A DNA stretch of 64,000 bases from Thermodesulfobacteriota bacterium (lineage in GTDB: Bacteria > Desulfobacterota > Desulfarculia > JACQYL01): contig CAXXLZ010000002.1 in assembly GCA_963675595.2 (NCBI GenBank), positions 4,320,001-4,384,000 on the forward strand, written 5' to 3'. How positions within the stretch are numbered: position 1 is the stretch's first letter; each line of letters begins with the position of its first letter. Under the pieces are notes generated by a model. The model had not been told where the DNA came from. It did not search any database and saw only the letters and a list, made by a program, of their open reading frames with translations. This document shows, piece by piece, positions 17,437 to 26,879 of this stretch. Made by a program: the position numbers and the translations under genes.

Positions 17437-20400
17437 TTACGACTCACTCCCAACGAGCTTTTTTTCTTGTGCCGCGTCCGGAATCGCGAGAGTCCGGTTC
17501 ATTTTGAGTTGGTTCGAGGTTCCGTTGGAATCGGAGATTTCCACCAGATATTCCTCGCCTCCCAAGGGCGTGAGGGACAGCCGGCCGCTATGACCATCCG
17601 TTTGCAGTGTTCCTTCCACACCGTCGGACACGTCCCGGTCCAGGAAGGTTTTCCACTGGAGCAAGTCCGGGGTGAGAATCAACTGGACGGCGTCCGTGGT
17701 GTAGGTCTGAACGAATAGGAAGCTTCCGGATCCCCCTCTTTCTCTGTAGCAGCCGTCGACCCCGGTTCTTTGAAGACTTTCCGTGAATACCTTGCGGAGC
17801 GTGTAGTGTATGCTTCGGCCCCGTGGGTCCCGAACCACTGCGACCGCCCCGTCCTCATCGTTGAAGCGCATGGCGAGGGAGCCTCCGCCCGTCTCACTGG
17901 AAGCACTGATCCCGTCGGTCCAATCACTGTCCCGGTAGGCGGTCCAGGATGTGAGGTCGGGAGTCGCCAGAACCACGGCCGATCCATTGGTGTAGGTTTG
18001 TACGAAGAAGTTCATGACCGGATTCGAGGACTTGTAGATTCCGCCCACGGGCGTAAGAGAATCCCCGGGCATGCTTCTCAATGTCACCGGTCGGTCGGCG
18101 TGGCAAAGTCGATCATTGGATGAATCCGCCATGTGATAATGAGCTTCGCCGAACACCTGTTTGAGACCCGATGCATTTTCGGGGACGCGCACGGTGTATT
18201 GCAGGGTAACGGGGCTTTCGGGAACGGTCCCGGTCCAGACGATATCGCCTCGCACCATCTCGGGCGCACCGTCCCCGGACCAATGGATGATTTCCCAGCC
18301 TGCGGGCAAATTGGGTCGCCACAAGAGAGACAGCAACGCGCCGGAATATTCCAGCGTCACGTGGAAGGTCGTTTCCTCACCCGGAGTGTAAAAAGCTTCT
18401 CCCGTATGGCTTGCGGCGAATCTCTCGGATTCGTTGTTCGATGAGGCGAGCGCCGTCGTGGATCCGGCGTCGAACCCGGGGGCGAACCCGTCGGCTCCTT
18501 CCGCGTCGGGGTGATAACCGCCGGCGCGCCAGTAGGCGAGGGCCCGATTGATTTCCGTTCCATCGATGACCCAGGCGCTTTCCTGGAAGTCGGCTGAATT
18601 CCGTTCACAGGTTTGGTCGCCGGAACCCGGTGCGAATCCGTCGGACCCTAAAGGGTCACAGTGGTAACCGCCGGCGCGCCAGTAGGCCATGAGCCGGCTC
18701 GCTTCCGTACCGTCTATCATCCATAGCGGGTCCTCGTAGTCGCCGTCGTGCAGTTCCTCCAGCAGAAGGGAGGCGGGGTCGGCCCACAGAACTCCGGGAT
18801 GCGCCTGTCCATTCAAGGTGTATTCGAGCCGACCCGAAAGGGCCTGAGCCTCGTCCACGGCTTCCGGGACGTCCATTTCCAGGGTGACTTCCAAGGGATT
18901 GGGGGTGAGATCTCCTTCGAAAACCACCGCGGCGCCCTGGATGCCGGGTTGTCCGTCACCCACTGCGTCCACGAGAACCCAGCCTTCGGGCAGGGTGGGG
19001 GTGTAGGACAGGGATTCCAACGCCCGCTCCGCCGGGTAGGATACGGTGCATTTCACAAAAGCGGGGCCTGGAGACCGGTATCCCGAACCTTCCTGGGCGA
19101 CGTCGACCAAGGGGGGATTCACGGTGATGGTGACCGTGTCCGTCGAGGTGCCGCAGGAGTTGAGGGCGGAAAGCGTATAGGTGGTGTCGGCGTCCGGGTA
19201 CACAAGCGTTGTTCCCCCTTCGGAATTCACGTCGCCCACGCCGGAATCAATATCGGCGGAAGCCGCCCGGGAGAGGCTCCAGGAAAGCTCCACAGCTTCG
19301 CCCTCGTTGACTTCATTGGAATCCGCCGTGAAGGAAACCACCTCGGGAACGTTGTTCACGGTCAGCGTTACGTCGCTTGTGGTCGTGCCGCACTGGTTCA
19401 CGGCGCTCAGGGAGTAGACCGTGGTTTCCACAGGCTCGACTTGCGCGCTGCCGTCGAGGGACAAACCGGTTCCCACGTGAGTGATGTCCACACTGTTCGC
19501 GTAGGTGGTGGCCCAGGACAGTTCGGCGGATCCTCCCGTGCAGAGCTCGTTGGAGTCCGCGGTGAAGGAATCGATGACAGGCGCCGAATTCACGGTGACC
19601 GTCAACGTATCCGTATCGGAACCGCAAGTATTGGTCGCGGTGAGGGTATAAACGGTGGTGGCGCCCGGAGTTACCTGAGTCGATCCGTCCGCGTCGAGAC
19701 CGCCGGTTCCGTTAATGTCCACCTCATCCACACCGGTGGTGTTCCATGACAAGTCCACCGAAGACCCGGCGCAAATTTCCCCTGAGGTCGCCGTGAAGTT
19801 GTCCACGGAGGGCGCAAACAACACCGTCACCGTCACTTGGCCGGTGTCCGAACCGCATGGATTACTCGCGGTAAGCGTGTAGGTGGTTTCCGACGACGGA
19901 GAAACCTCGATCGTTCCGTCCGTGTCCAGCCCTGTGCCCACTCCCGAAATATCCACCTGGGTTGCATAGGAGGTGTTCCACGAAAGCAGGGCGGAGCCTC
20001 CGTTGCAGATTTGAGACGTATCTACGCTGAAGTCATCCACGGTGGGAGCGGCGCATCCCAGGGAAAGAGGGTTGGATTGTGCATACGCGGTTGCGGGATT
20101 CACCATTCCGAGAAAAGCGTAGACCACTTCTCCGGTGATTTCCCGCGAACCGGATTCGTCCTCCGGGACGCGTATGGTGTATTCCATCTGAATGGGACTT
20201 GCGGGCAGGGAGCCGGTCCAGAGGATTTCTCCGAAAACGGCATTGTATTCAGGGCTTCCGTCCCCCGTAACCTGTTCGATGGTCCAGCCTGTGGGAAGGG
20301 TCGGTTTCCACAGGAGGGACAACAAGGTGCCGTCGTAAGAGAAGGTGTTGGAAACGGTAATGGTTTGCCCCGGAACATAGCCCGAAGAGGTCGAATGCGT

Positions 20401-20499
20401 GACCGATTGGACGTCGGCTCCGGCGACGCCGGCAAGGCAAAACAGGAGAAATGCGAACAGGATCGCGGTCCGCCCGGAATGGAGAAATGTACTTTTCAT
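17437..20499 (-). CDS. Large secreted scaffold-like protein: 3 cohesin-like modules, 4 Ig/PKD-like repeats, duplicated dockerin-like motif, 2 C-terminal repeats
   Basis: Likely start MKSTF (20499) gives a signal peptide. Four repeats of P.vd.Fta...LSW...YTLtA.N.CG. Motif IDGTE..R..AYWRAGGYH....G.DGFAPG occurs twice. Module names are inferred. Confidence 0.8.
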   Translation of the reverse strand: MKSTFLHSGRTAILFAFLLFCLAGVAGADVQSVTHSTSSGYVPGQTITVSNTFSYDGTLLSLLWKPTLPTGWTIEQVTGDGSPEYNAVFGEILWTGSLPASPIQMEYTIRVPEDESGSREITGEVVYAFLGMVNPATAYAQSNPLSLGCAAPTVDDFSVDTSQICNGGSALLSWNTSYATQVDISGVGTGLDTDGTIEVSPSSETTYTLTASNPCGSDTGQVTVTVLFAPSVDNFTATSGEICAGSSVDLSWNTTGVDEVDINGTGGLDADGSTQVTPGATTVYTLTATNTCGSDTDTLTVTVNSAPVIDSFTADSNELCTGGSAELSWATTYANSVDITHVGTGLSLDGSAQVEPVETTVYSLSAVNQCGTTTSDVTLTVNNVPEVVSFTADSNEVNEGEAVELSWSLSRAASADIDSGVGDVNSEGGTTLVYPDADTTYTLSALNSCGTSTDTVTITVNPPLVDVAQEGSGYRSPGPAFVKCTVSYPAERALESLSYTPTLPEGWVLVDAVGDGQPGIQGAAVVFEGDLTPNPLEVTLEMDVPEAVDEAQALSGRLEYTLNGQAHPGVLWADPASLLLEELHDGDYEDPLWMIDGTEASRLMAYWRAGGYHCDPLGSDGFAPGSGDQTCERNSADFQESAWVIDGTEINRALAYWRAGGYHPDAEGADGFAPGFDAGSTTALASSNNESERFAASHTGEAFYTPGEETTFHVTLEYSGALLSLLWRPNLPAGWEIIHWSGDGAPEMVRGDIVWTGTVPESPVTLQYTVRVPENASGLKQVFGEAHYHMADSSNDRLCHADRPVTLRSMPGDSLTPVGGIYKSSNPVMNFFVQTYTNGSAVVLATPDLTSWTAYRDSDWTDGISASSETGGGSLAMRFNDEDGAVAVVRDPRGRSIHYTLRKVFTESLQRTGVDGCYRERGGSGSFLFVQTYTTDAVQLILTPDLLQWKTFLDRDVSDGVEGTLQTDGHSGRLSLTPLGGEEYLVEISDSNGTSNQLKMNRTLAIPDAAQEKKLVGSES

Positions 20500-20778
20500 G
20501 ACCCTACCTACCTGATCCCAATCTCGGTTAATCGCTTGCAGTAAATTGTAAACAAATGGACAAAAACAGCAGCCTTTGCTGAGCATATGCGGGGAATCCC
20601 TCTTCACGTCGTGTGGCTGCAGCGTATCATTTTCAGGATATCTCTCGAACCACCCGTGGCGTCGTGACGGAAAACGAACGACCGGACCATGCTCCGAACG
20701 AGTTTGAAGAACCGCTCCGATAGTGCATTGTGGTTAAGCCTCCCAGCCGCGGGGTGGGCCCCGCCCGCCCTGAACCGT

Positions 20779-23664
20779 CTATTCCTGCGCCGGAAAGACG
20801 ATCTCCAAGTCAAACTTCGTGGAACCGCCCGAGGGTTCGTAAATCGCGGCGGTATAGGAACCGCTTTGCTTTTCCGTCATGGTGAGGGCTCGGCCGGTTT
20901 CCGCCAGGTCTCCGGAAACGGAAATACCGTCCCGCCAATCGGGATCGAGAAATACGAGCCAGTTCATCAGATCGGGCGTGAGAATCGCCAATAGGGAACC
21001 CGTGGAATAGGTTTGTATATAAGTGTTCATACTCTGGTCGAGGGTCTTGTAAATGCCGTCGGGCGCGTCGTCGGACGCGGAGAAATCGAACACGCGGGAA
21101 AGCACCCGGGAATCCTCCGAACCGCCGGGAAAGGCGACGGTCGCCAAGAGGGTGACGTCGTCCGCGAAATCGAGGGAAAGTCGTCGGCCGAGTCCCGCCA
21201 TGTCGGGAACGTCTTCCACGCCGGCGCCCCATTCGGGTACCAGAAACGCTTGGAAGTTGACCAGGTCCGAGGTGAACAGAACGAGCATGCTGCCTTCGTC
21301 ATAGGTCTGAAGGAACACATTGACGGAATTGTCCAGGGTTTTGTAGATGCCGCTCGGATTGAACGGTTTCTCCGGAGCCACGAAGAGAGGATCGGGGTCC
21401 ACGAATTGAGCGGAAGGATTGGCCTCCCCCGGCAGATGAATTAGAACTTCGTTTCGGATTTCGCAGTCCCGTGTTTCGGTGGGAGGTACTTGGAGTACGT
21501 AGGACATGCTCACCGGTGAGGGCGGCAGGGAACCGGTCCAGAGGATGTCCCCACCGGAGAGCTCCGGATTTCCGTCACCCGAAACGCTTTGGATTTCCCA
21601 TCCTTCGGGCGGCGCCGGACGCCACATGAGGGACAGGAGATTGCCGGTGTAGGTGACTTCCGTATCTACCGTGACCGCTCCTCCCGCCTGATAGTAGTCG
21701 CCGTCCATGGAATGAGTCGCCTGAAAACCGTTCTCGGTCGTGCGAACTAGAGCGCCTCCCAGGGGTGCGCCCTCCAAACCGGGCGCATACCCGTCGGCTC
21801 CCGTTTCATCCGGGTGATACCCGCCGGCCCGCCAATAGGCGAGGACACGGCCGGTTTCCTGTCCGTCCAGAACCCAGTCCGGCTCCAGGTAATCGGCGCA
21901 GTGGAGATCGCAGGACGTATCTCCCGATCCGGCGGCGAACCCGTCCAGGCCCGAGGCGTCGCAATGGTAGCCGCCGGCGCGCCAATAGGACAGCACGCGG
22001 TTGACTTCGTTCCCGTCCATGGACCAGGCGGGAGCTTCCGTATCCGCGTCGTGCAGTTTGTAAACCGTAATGTAGTCGTACTCGATCACCGTGTCGGATC
22101 CGCCGGATCCTTCCACCGTGAGGGATACCGTATATGTGCCGGCCTCCTGGTAACCGTGCACGGGATTTGCCTCCGTGCTCGTGTCGCCGTCGCCGAAATC
22201 CCACGCGTAGGAGCTGATGTCACCGGTGGAGGTATTGGTGAAGGTCACTTGAAGAGGTGCGAGTCCGGAAGTGGCAGCAGCTGAAAAACTAGCTGAGGGT
22301 GAAGCGGCAGAGCAGGATTCCCGGAAGTTGGAAACAACGTAAGCGGTGTTGTTGAGTGTCTTTCGATTATCTGCGGCGTTAATTTCTCCCTCAGGCACTC
22401 CAAGAGGAGAACCTTCATATAGCAAGTTCGGATTTGACCAATAGGGTAAGCGTGTACAAGAAATACCTTGGTTGGCGCACTCAGTGTTGTAGGCCATAAT
22501 TGTGCGCCATTGCTGAGAGGCGTTTACGTACCCATGATTATACGTGTAGGGGCTGTTAGTCGTATCGTCTACATACCAGTCATGACGTGGCCCCATGGTG
22601 TGCCCGAGTTCATGAGAGAACGAAAGATTCCCAACTGCACATTCATCGGCAACAACAGACAATGCGTAAGGAGCCAAGGCAGTCAGGACAATCCACATTT
22701 GATAAGACATCCCACAAGAGTTGCCTCCATCATCCACAATAAGGACAATGTTATCGGCACAATATTCATCGCGCAAGCTGTGAACATCGTCCATGTAGCC
22801 GTCATCCTTCCGATAAAGGCGATACAGATCAGTATTAAGATCACCGGTCTCCGTATATGACACTTCGGCAGTATGGACTAAATTGATCCTTTGTGAGACT
22901 CCGCTGTTTGCATAAGTTGTGTTGGTCTGTTCAACTGCCAAGTCAATCAAGTTGAGGATGCCGCTCGCACCGCCACGGGCATCGCGAGCCGTGGGAGTAT
23001 AAACAACCAAAACATCGATGACCGAGCCGTCGTCGGCCATGGGTGCGGCTATGAAAGAAGGCGTGAGATCAAGACTCATCGTCTCGTCGGAAATAGGAGA
23101 AGGCTCGGACTCAGAGGGCAATTCCTCTTGGTTGACTTCCTTGATTACATGGATGCCTTCGCCTGCATAACTTATCGTGACTATGCAGGAACCCTGGGTA
23201 ACGATGCCTTCAAGAACACCATGCCGATAAGCCATGACCACACTACCGCCCCCGGAGTCTGCTGAGCTTCCGGAGAGAACAAGGGCTCCGGTCGAGGTCT
23301 TGCCGACTTTGTTGATCTTATACTCTTGTTGTTGACCTTCAAATAAGTTCAGCAGGATGGATCTGGGGAAGGAAACAGGACGTCTTTCAGAACCTCCGAT
23401 CTTTTCAAGAATGGAATCATCTATGCTCACGAAACGACGTCGTAAGACAGAGGGGTCCTGAGCCTCCTGAGCCACAAAAGAGTTGGGTTCGGCGGAAATG
23501 AATAGGGGTTTTGCCGAAAAGCTTGGAACCGTGGGGGTCTCCCAAGACGTGGCGGTTCGGGGAGAGCCGAACGATGCGGCCATTAGGCACGCCAAGGAAA
23601 TGCGCAGCGCGGTGAGGAACCCTATTTTCTGGAGTGAATATCCTGCCATCGCTTGTTTGATCAA
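20779..23664 (-). CDS. Secreted M12B/reprolysin-like zinc metallopeptidase with PKD, dockerin-like, cohesin-like and C-terminal repeats
   Basis: HELGHTMGPRHD (HExxHxxGxxH), Met-turn RTIMAY, IDVLVVYT. PKD motif YAWDFGDG...NPVHGY. Same YWRAGGYH pair and LMWRP module as the neighbours. Start is TTG 23664 or ATG 23649. Confidence 0.88.
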   Translation of the reverse strand: MIKQAMAGYSLQKIGFLTALRISLACLMAASFGSPRTATSWETPTVPSFSAKPLFISAEPNSFVAQEAQDPSVLRRRFVSIDDSILEKIGGSERRPVSFPRSILLNLFEGQQQEYKINKVGKTSTGALVLSGSSADSGGGSVVMAYRHGVLEGIVTQGSCIVTISYAGEGIHVIKEVNQEELPSESEPSPISDETMSLDLTPSFIAAPMADDGSVIDVLVVYTPTARDARGGASGILNLIDLAVEQTNTTYANSGVSQRINLVHTAEVSYTETGDLNTDLYRLYRKDDGYMDDVHSLRDEYCADNIVLIVDDGGNSCGMSYQMWIVLTALAPYALSVVADECAVGNLSFSHELGHTMGPRHDWYVDDTTNSPYTYNHGYVNASQQWRTIMAYNTECANQGISCTRLPYWSNPNLLYEGSPLGVPEGEINAADNRKTLNNTAYVVSNFRESCSAASPSASFSAAATSGLAPLQVTFTNTSTGDISSYAWDFGDGDTSTEANPVHGYQEAGTYTVSLTVEGSGGSDTVIEYDYITVYKLHDADTEAPAWSMDGNEVNRVLSYWRAGGYHCDASGLDGFAAGSGDTSCDLHCADYLEPDWVLDGQETGRVLAYWRAGGYHPDETGADGYAPGLEGAPLGGALVRTTENGFQATHSMDGDYYQAGGAVTVDTEVTYTGNLLSLMWRPAPPEGWEIQSVSGDGNPELSGGDILWTGSLPPSPVSMSYVLQVPPTETRDCEIRNEVLIHLPGEANPSAQFVDPDPLFVAPEKPFNPSGIYKTLDNSVNVFLQTYDEGSMLVLFTSDLVNFQAFLVPEWGAGVEDVPDMAGLGRRLSLDFADDVTLLATVAFPGGSEDSRVLSRVFDFSASDDAPDGIYKTLDQSMNTYIQTYSTGSLLAILTPDLMNWLVFLDPDWRDGISVSGDLAETGRALTMTEKQSGSYTAAIYEPSGGSTKFDLEIVFPAQE

Positions 23665-23701
23665 AGGAAGAGTTTATAATACATTGCGTGTATTACCATG
23701 T

Positions 23702-23730
23702 AATATAGTCGTGCGGTTTGAAGATGTCAA
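23702..23730 (-). promoter_or_regulatory. sigma70-type promoter for the protease/scaffold cluster
   Basis: Minus strand TTGACA-N17-TATATT about 40 bp upstream of the start. Confidence 0.65.
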
Positions 23731-23920
23731 GCGGAAGAGGTGCGAGGATGGGCGGCAGTGAATAATTTGATTCGCCGGGCCAAGGAGCCGAAGTGTTTCC
23801 AAGCGAACAGGTATTGCCGGCCGGGGATTCCTGAAGATGAAAAAGGGCGGGAATGAACGGCTTGCGGCCATCATTCCCCGCCCCTCTTAATTGTTGTCTT
23901 TGTCTCGATTGCGCGCCGGC

Positions 23921-24661
23921 CTAACCGTTCTTTCTTTTTCTCGCGTATCGGAAGGAAGCCAATCCGACAAGACCCACACCAATGAGCAGCACGGTGGAGG
24001 GTTCGGGGACCGGCTGGTCAGGAAAGCCGTCGGGGAGCTCGAAAATGTGCCCTTGGTTCTCCTCGTCGATGAAGAGTGCGAATGCGGCGTATTTCTCCGG
24101 TGCAGTACCCGTATAGTTTGATAGAGCCTCAAGGTAGGTATTCGCCTGGGCAACAACATCCGACGATCCGTTGATCATGAAGTAGTCACTACCTGACCCG
24201 GCTCCTGCGTTATCCGGAGACGAATCATAAATTACTTCCCAAATGGCTGCCTGTAAAGCGGCGGCTTCGGTGCCCGTATCGGCGTTGTCTATAAACAGGT
24301 TCATGAGAAACGCAGCTTTTTTCAGCTCATCCGGCGAGCTGTCGTCAATGTAGGTAAGATCATCACTCCAGAATGGAGTACCGTCCACATAGGTGCCCAG
24401 GTCGATGCAGAAGGCTCTTACATCGTTGAAGACTTCAGTGTCGACGGTCAGATTCCAGCGCATGATTCCGGCCTGGACCGTGTATGGCATGTTTGATTTG
24501 ACCTTGCTGCCGTTGTCATAGGCTATGATATTGATGTTTGACGACGGCGAGACATTAACATAGTCGAACTGCACCATGATTGCTTGGGCATTGGCGCCGA
24601 CAAGCAATGTCATAAGTGCAACTGCGGAGATAAGAATTCCCGTCCATACGTTTTTTCGCAT
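23921..24661 (-). CDS. PEP-CTERM surface protein with thioester-domain-like motifs
   Basis: Start MRKNVW after a ggagg RBS; signal peptide AQA; AFCIDL and ALQAAIWE motifs; VPEPSTVLLIGVGLVGLASFRYARKRK. Confidence 0.9.
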   Translation of the reverse strand: MRKNVWTGILISAVALMTLLVGANAQAIMVQFDYVNVSPSSNINIIAYDNGSKVKSNMPYTVQAGIMRWNLTVDTEVFNDVRAFCIDLGTYVDGTPFWSDDLTYIDDSSPDELKKAAFLMNLFIDNADTGTEAAALQAAIWEVIYDSSPDNAGAGSGSDYFMINGSSDVVAQANTYLEALSNYTGTAPEKYAAFALFIDEENQGHIFELPDGFPDQPVPEPSTVLLIGVGLVGLASFRYARKRKNG

Positions 24662-24706
24662 TTTACAGCCTCCCCTTAACGCGGTGGTGGTTTTTCCGAG
24701 AAGAGA

Positions 24707-24800
24707 AGCAAATGCCATGCCAAATAAAAAGATAGTGTAATATTGATTGGTTAAGGGGTATCGGGTTGTGAGGTGCACGGTGTTGTAGCCAATACCGACA
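24707..24800 (-). promoter_or_regulatory. sigma54 promoter (24707-24722) plus enhancer box (24784-24800)
   Basis: Minus strand TGGCATGGCATTTGCT, with TGTCGGTATTGGCTACA (TGT-N11-ACA) about 63 bp upstream. Confidence 0.78.
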
Positions 24801-25581
24801 CCTGAAATCTCTCGCATGGAGGGAATGATAATTCTCACAATACAGACATAATGCATGGTTATATTATAAATACATTTATGGATTGTTTCCGGCGTAAAGA
24901 AAACCGACAAGGGGAGCAGAGAGCGTGTCTAACCCATTGCTGTCCCACAAAATAAAGAAGGATAATCAATAAGAAACGGCTCTGGAAGCCCCATGTGTTA
25001 TAATGGTTGTGCGAAAAAGCACTAACAAAACAAGGGGATCCGAGCCATGGCACATCGTAACACAATCCTAAGTCAAGTAGTTGCATTTCTTCCGAGACAT
25101 GAATTCGATAGTTTTGCCAAGGTGCATCATGTTGGACGCCGTTTTCGAAGTTTCAACCGATGGTTTCAATTTATGGCGCTGATCATCGCTCAGCTTTCCG
25201 GGCGGGTTAGCCTGAGGGACTTGGTGGACAACATCGGCGCCCGGGCGCAAAGACTGTATCATCTGGGTATGCGGAGCCTTTCGCGATCGAATCTTGCGCG
25301 AACCAACGACAAACAACCGGCAGACCTCTACCGACTCCTGTTCGAGAGGCTCCTTACGAGATGTCGCAATTCAGCTCCGGGAAACCGATTCAAGTTCAGA
25401 GCCAAGCTCTATCTGCTGGACGCCACGATGATTGAACTCTGCTTGTCCGTCTTTCCGTGGGCTCGATATACCCGAAGCAAGGGGGCGGTGAAGATGCACA
25501 TGGGCCTGGACGCCGACGGCTACCTTCCCTCCTTTTTGTCGGTGACGGACGGCAAAGGACATGAAATCCAGTGGGCCAGGT

Positions 25582-26879
25582 TGGAATGCCCCCCGATAAT
25601 TGGTCCATGTATAATGAGAGTCTGAATGCCCAAAGAACGGAAGGAGACTTTTTGCATGGCCAAGAGAAAGAGACACAGCGCGGAGCAAATCATCCGGAAA
25701 CTTGAAGACGCGGACCGTCGTCTGACGGCAGGGCAGACGATAGCGCAGGTTTGCCAATCGCTGGAGGTGAGCGAGGCGACGTACCACCGGTGGCGAAACC
25801 AGTATGGGGGGATGAAGGCTGAGGAGGCCAAACGGCTAAAAGAACTGGAAAAGGAAAATGCACGCTTAAAAAAGCTGGTCGCCGATCTGATGTTGGACAA
25901 GGCAATGCTGAAGGATCTTGCGGAGGGAAACTTCTAAGCCCGGCGCGTCGTAGGAAAGCGGTTGATTATGTTCGAAGTGAACATGCCGCTTCAGAGCGTC
26001 GGGCCTGCCGCGTAGCCGGTCAACACCGATCCACCCAACGTTATGAGCCGAAGGAACGGGACGATGAGGTGGAACTGATCAAGGCTCTTCACCGGTTGGT
26101 TGGAGAACATCCCCGTTTTGGATGCCGTAGGATCACTCGGCTGCTGCGTGATGCGGGGTGGGCGGTAAACTACAAGCGAATTCATAGACTTTGGAAAGAG
26201 GAAGGATTCAAGGTACCTCGAAAAGCCAAGAAGAAACGCTTCCTGGGAGTTGATGCCAATGCGTGCAACAAGCGTAAGGCGGCTTTTGCAAATGATGTCT
26301 GGACGTTGGATTTCATTCATGACCGCTTGGTCGACGGCCGTCAGTTCAAGTGCTTGGCCATTGTCGACGAGTTTACTCGGGAAAACCTGGCCCTGAGGAT
26401 CAACCGCTCCATTACGGGTGAAGACGTTTTGAACGAGCTGAGCCGATTGATGGGCGAGCGGGGAGTTCCAACGGGCATTCGATCGGATAACGGTCCCGAA
26501 TTTATAGCCCAAAAGGTGAGAAACTGGCTGAAAGACCTGGGAGTGGGAACCCTTTTCGTCGAGCCGGGAGCCCCTTGGCAGAACGGGTACGTGGAAAGTT
26601 TCAACAGCCGTTTTCGGGATGAATTCTTGAACATGGAAATTTTCAACAACATCAAGGAAGCGCAGACTCTGGCCGCCAAATGGCGGAAAGCCTATAACGA
26701 GGAAAGACCGCACAGTGCATTGAATTACATGACCCCGGCCCAGTTCGCGGCGAGCCCTTGGGGCCTCGACTCCGCCTCGCTCAGCTCGGCTTCGCCGAGG
26801 CCCCAAGGGCCGGGGATGGAAAACCGCGAGTCATGATAAAACTCTCATAACTCCTGGACCAAAAACTGGGGGCTTGACA
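25582..26879 (+). mobile_element. IS3-family insertion sequence (1298 bp)
   Basis: TG...CA ends; imperfect IRs tggaatgccccccgataattggtcca / tggaccaaaaactgggggcttgaca; 4-bp duplication aggt at 25578-25581 and 26880-26883. Confidence 0.93.
25656..26836 (+). CDS. IS3 transposase OrfAB (orfA 25656-25937, orfB in the -1 frame)
   Basis: OrfA HTH plus zipper (LKELEKENARLKKLVADL). OrfB integrase core WTLDF, IRSDNGPEF, ESFNSRFRDE. Slippery G GGA AAC at 25925-25931. Confidence 0.88.

Noticed and set aside
23921-24910. Extended N-termini in the ORF track (24910; also 20607, 14801, 46117, 7482)
   Set aside because: Downstream starts restore an RBS, a signal peptide or a family-typical N-terminus; some extensions run through promoter or neighbouring-gene sequence.
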